Shown: piece by piece, positions 55,257 to 57,122 of the stretch
Numbering within the stretch: the first letter of the stretch is position 1
Layout: every line of letters begins with the position of its first letter
NCBI GenBank assembly: GCA_017609465.1
Contig: JAFCDX010000005.1
Coordinates: 1 to 57,122, forward strand
Source: Candidatus Woesearchaeota archaeon
Lineage (GTDB): Archaea > Nanobdellota > Nanobdellia > SCGC-AAA011-G17 > JAFCDX01
DNA length: 57,122 bases
Direction of reading: 5' to 3'
Position numbers and translations under genes: made by a program
The notes under the pieces: model-generated
Seen by the model: only the letters and a program-made list of their open reading frames with translations
What the model was told of the DNA's origin: nothing
Databases searched by the model: none

Positions 55257-56872
55257 TGGTAAGGCATTCCACCCTGTGGCATTTGTTGCTGCTGGTCTTC
55301 TTTCCCTGAAGCTATTATGTCATCAATTCTTAATATCATGTTTGCAACTTCAACTGCAGATTGTATTGCCTGTAGTTTTATTTTTAAAGGTTCTATTATT
55401 CCTAATCTCCATGAGTCAGATATTTTTCCAGTAAATACATCAACTCCAGCCCATTTCTTTCCTTCATCATGCTTTGATTTCAATGACGTTAATATATCTA
55501 TTGGATCAAGGCCTGAATTTTCTGCAAGTGTTCTTGGTATTATCTCCATTGATTCTGCAAAAGCAGTAACTGCCAATTGCTCTCTTCCAGAAAGTTTTTC
55601 AGAATATTTTCTCAAATTTCTTGCAATCTCTATCTCTGTTGCCCCTGCACCACCTACAACTCTTTCATTTTTTAATGCACTTATTATGTCACCAAGAGAA
55701 TCTTTTATTGATCTTTCAACTTCGTCAACAACATGCTGCGTACCTCCATGAATCAAAAATGTTACAGCTTTTGGGTCTTTGCAGTTTCTTACATAAGTCA
55801 TCTCTTCATCACCAACTTTCAATTCTTCAACAACACCTGCATACCCCAAGTCACCTTTACTTATATCTTTTAAATTAGAGATTATTTTTCCTTTTGTTGC
55901 TCTTGACAATTTTTCCATGTCAGAAGCTTTTATTCTTCTCACTGCATAAATATTATTTTTTGACAAATAATGTTGTGCCATATCGTCAATGCCTTTTTGA
56001 CAAAATACAACATTTGCTCCTGTTTGAGCTATTTTATCAACCATGTCTTTTATTATTTGCTCTTCCTTGTCAATAAATGATTGTAATTGTTCAGGATCTG
56101 TTATTGATAATTTTGAATCTATTTCAGTTGATTTTATTTCAAGTGCAGAATCTAATAGTAATATTTTTGCATTTTTAATTTTATTGGGCATTCCGTAATG
56201 AACTTTTTCCTTATCTATAATAATGCCTTCTATTAATTCAGAGTTTTCTATTGAATCTCCCACTTTCTTTTCTATTTTCACGTTTTCTATGTCTATGTTT
56301 TTATGATTGTCAGTAATTCTTCTTATTGCTTTTACACACAAACTTGCTAATTTTTCCTTGTAAGCTTCTGCTTCTCTCCCATTCATTGCTGTCATTGCTA
56401 TTTTTTTTAGAATTTCATCATCTTCAACCTTTAATTTCTCGGACATGTTGTTAAGGACTTTTTGTGCTATCTCTCCAGCAATTCTGTATCCTTTAATTAT
56501 GACTGTTGGATGTATGTCTTTGTCTATTAAGTTTTCAGCACTTTTTAACAATTCTCCTGATAATACCACTGCTGTTGTAGTTCCGTCACCAACTTCTTTT
56601 TCCTGTGTTTTTGCAACTTCAACAAGCATTTTTGCTGTAGGATGTTCTATTTGCATTTCATCAAGAATTGTAACTCCATCATTTGTTATTATTATATCTC
56701 CCATAGAATCAACAAGCATCTTGTCCATTCCTTTCGGTCCTAAAGTAGTTCTAACTGTCTCAGAAAGGGCTTTTGCTGCTGCTATATTATTTCTATGCGC
56801 TTCTCTTCCTTTTGTTCTTATAGCGCTTTCAGGTAGAACATATATTGGTTGATTTTGGTTTTGGTCCGCCAT
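55253..56872 (-). CDS. ths: thermosome subunit (group II chaperonin)
   Basis: '[12 protein letters not shown]', 'ITNDGVTIL', '[11 protein letters not shown]' and '[10 protein letters not shown]'. Confidence 0.97.
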   Translation of the reverse strand: MADQNQNQPIYVLPESAIRTKGREAHRNNIAAAKALSETVRTTLGPKGMDKMLVDSMGDIIITNDGVTILDEMQIEHPTAKMLVEVAKTQEKEVGDGTTTAVVLSGELLKSAENLIDKDIHPTVIIKGYRIAGEIAQKVLNNMSEKLKVEDDEILKKIAMTAMNGREAEAYKEKLASLCVKAIRRITDNHKNIDIENVKIEKKVGDSIENSELIEGIIIDKEKVHYGMPNKIKNAKILLLDSALEIKSTEIDSKLSITDPEQLQSFIDKEEQIIKDMVDKIAQTGANVVFCQKGIDDMAQHYLSKNNIYAVRRIKASDMEKLSRATKGKIISNLKDISKGDLGYAGVVEELKVGDEEMTYVRNCKDPKAVTFLIHGGTQHVVDEVERSIKDSLGDIISALKNERVVGGAGATEIEIARNLRKYSEKLSGREQLAVTAFAESMEIIPRTLAENSGLDPIDILTSLKSKHDEGKKWAGVDVFTGKISDSWRLGIIEPLKIKLQAIQSAVEVANMILRIDDIIASGKEDQQQQMPQGGMPYQ

Positions 56873-56976
56873 TTTTCTCATTTATAAGTAAAAAATATAT
56901 TAAGAAGTAATATATAAATTTTGCGTTGGATGTTATCAAAACCTTTTTAAATAGACCATTTCTAATTTAACTATAT

Positions 56977-57122
56977 AGCGGGATAGAACAGCTAGGAGAT
57001 CTTTGGGATGGTCTTATTATCCTATAGGACCTAAATGTTCGCCGAAATAATATCACAAAGATTTTATTGCGAAAGGCCCATAACTGTTGTGGGGAACCCG
57101 GAGGTCGGTGGTTCAAATCCAC
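56977..57122 (+). tRNA. initiator-type tRNA-Met (CAU), 3' end cut by the window, apparently with three introns
   Basis: AGCGGGA TA GAAC AGCTAGGAGA [37 nt] GTTC G CCG [30 nt] GG CCCATA [13 nt] A CCCGG AGGTC GGTGG TTCAAAT CCAC... It has A1, a perfect D-stem only after removal of 57000-57036, and three G:C pairs closing the anticodon stem. Confidence 0.55.

Overview
Strongly AT-rich archaeal chromosome segment. The gene content (Rpo7/Spt4/S24e/S27ae cluster, EF-1alpha, EF-2, thermosome, archaeal PheRS, NAC, Sec61beta, eL41) and the heavily interrupted stable-RNA genes suggest a small-genome, DPANN-like archaeon; that lineage call is inference. Most of the window is housekeeping: translation factors, four aminoacyl-tRNA synthetases, ribosomal proteins, RNase P RNA, SRP RNA, and a 16S-tRNAAla-23S operon on the minus strand. 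There is also a seven-gene, translationally coupled operon running from glycan to PRPP. The stable-RNA genes are unusually interrupted. The 23S carries a LAGLIDADG homing-endonuclease intron. The 16S carries two AT-rich insertions. Four of the five tRNA genes contain introns: tRNA-Ala has one in the T-loop, and an apparent initiator tRNA at the window edge has three. The clear accessory region lies at about 10.0-20.8 kb, between the RNase P RNA gene and the 3' trailer of the rRNA operon. It holds an IS4/ISH3-like transposase, a second IS remnant, two DNA methyltransferases co-operonic with a Cas4-like nuclease, a 458-aa protein with two nuclease-like motifs, further nuclease-like genes (one frameshifted) and small membrane or zinc-ribbon ORFs. 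Its most novel-looking part is a two-gene module encoding a winged-helix protein plus a very divergent TGT/DpdA-like (tRNA/DNA-guanine transglycosylase fold) protein, with no 7-deazaguanine biosynthesis genes in the window. All calls come from reading the translations and the sequence by eye; no database search was run.
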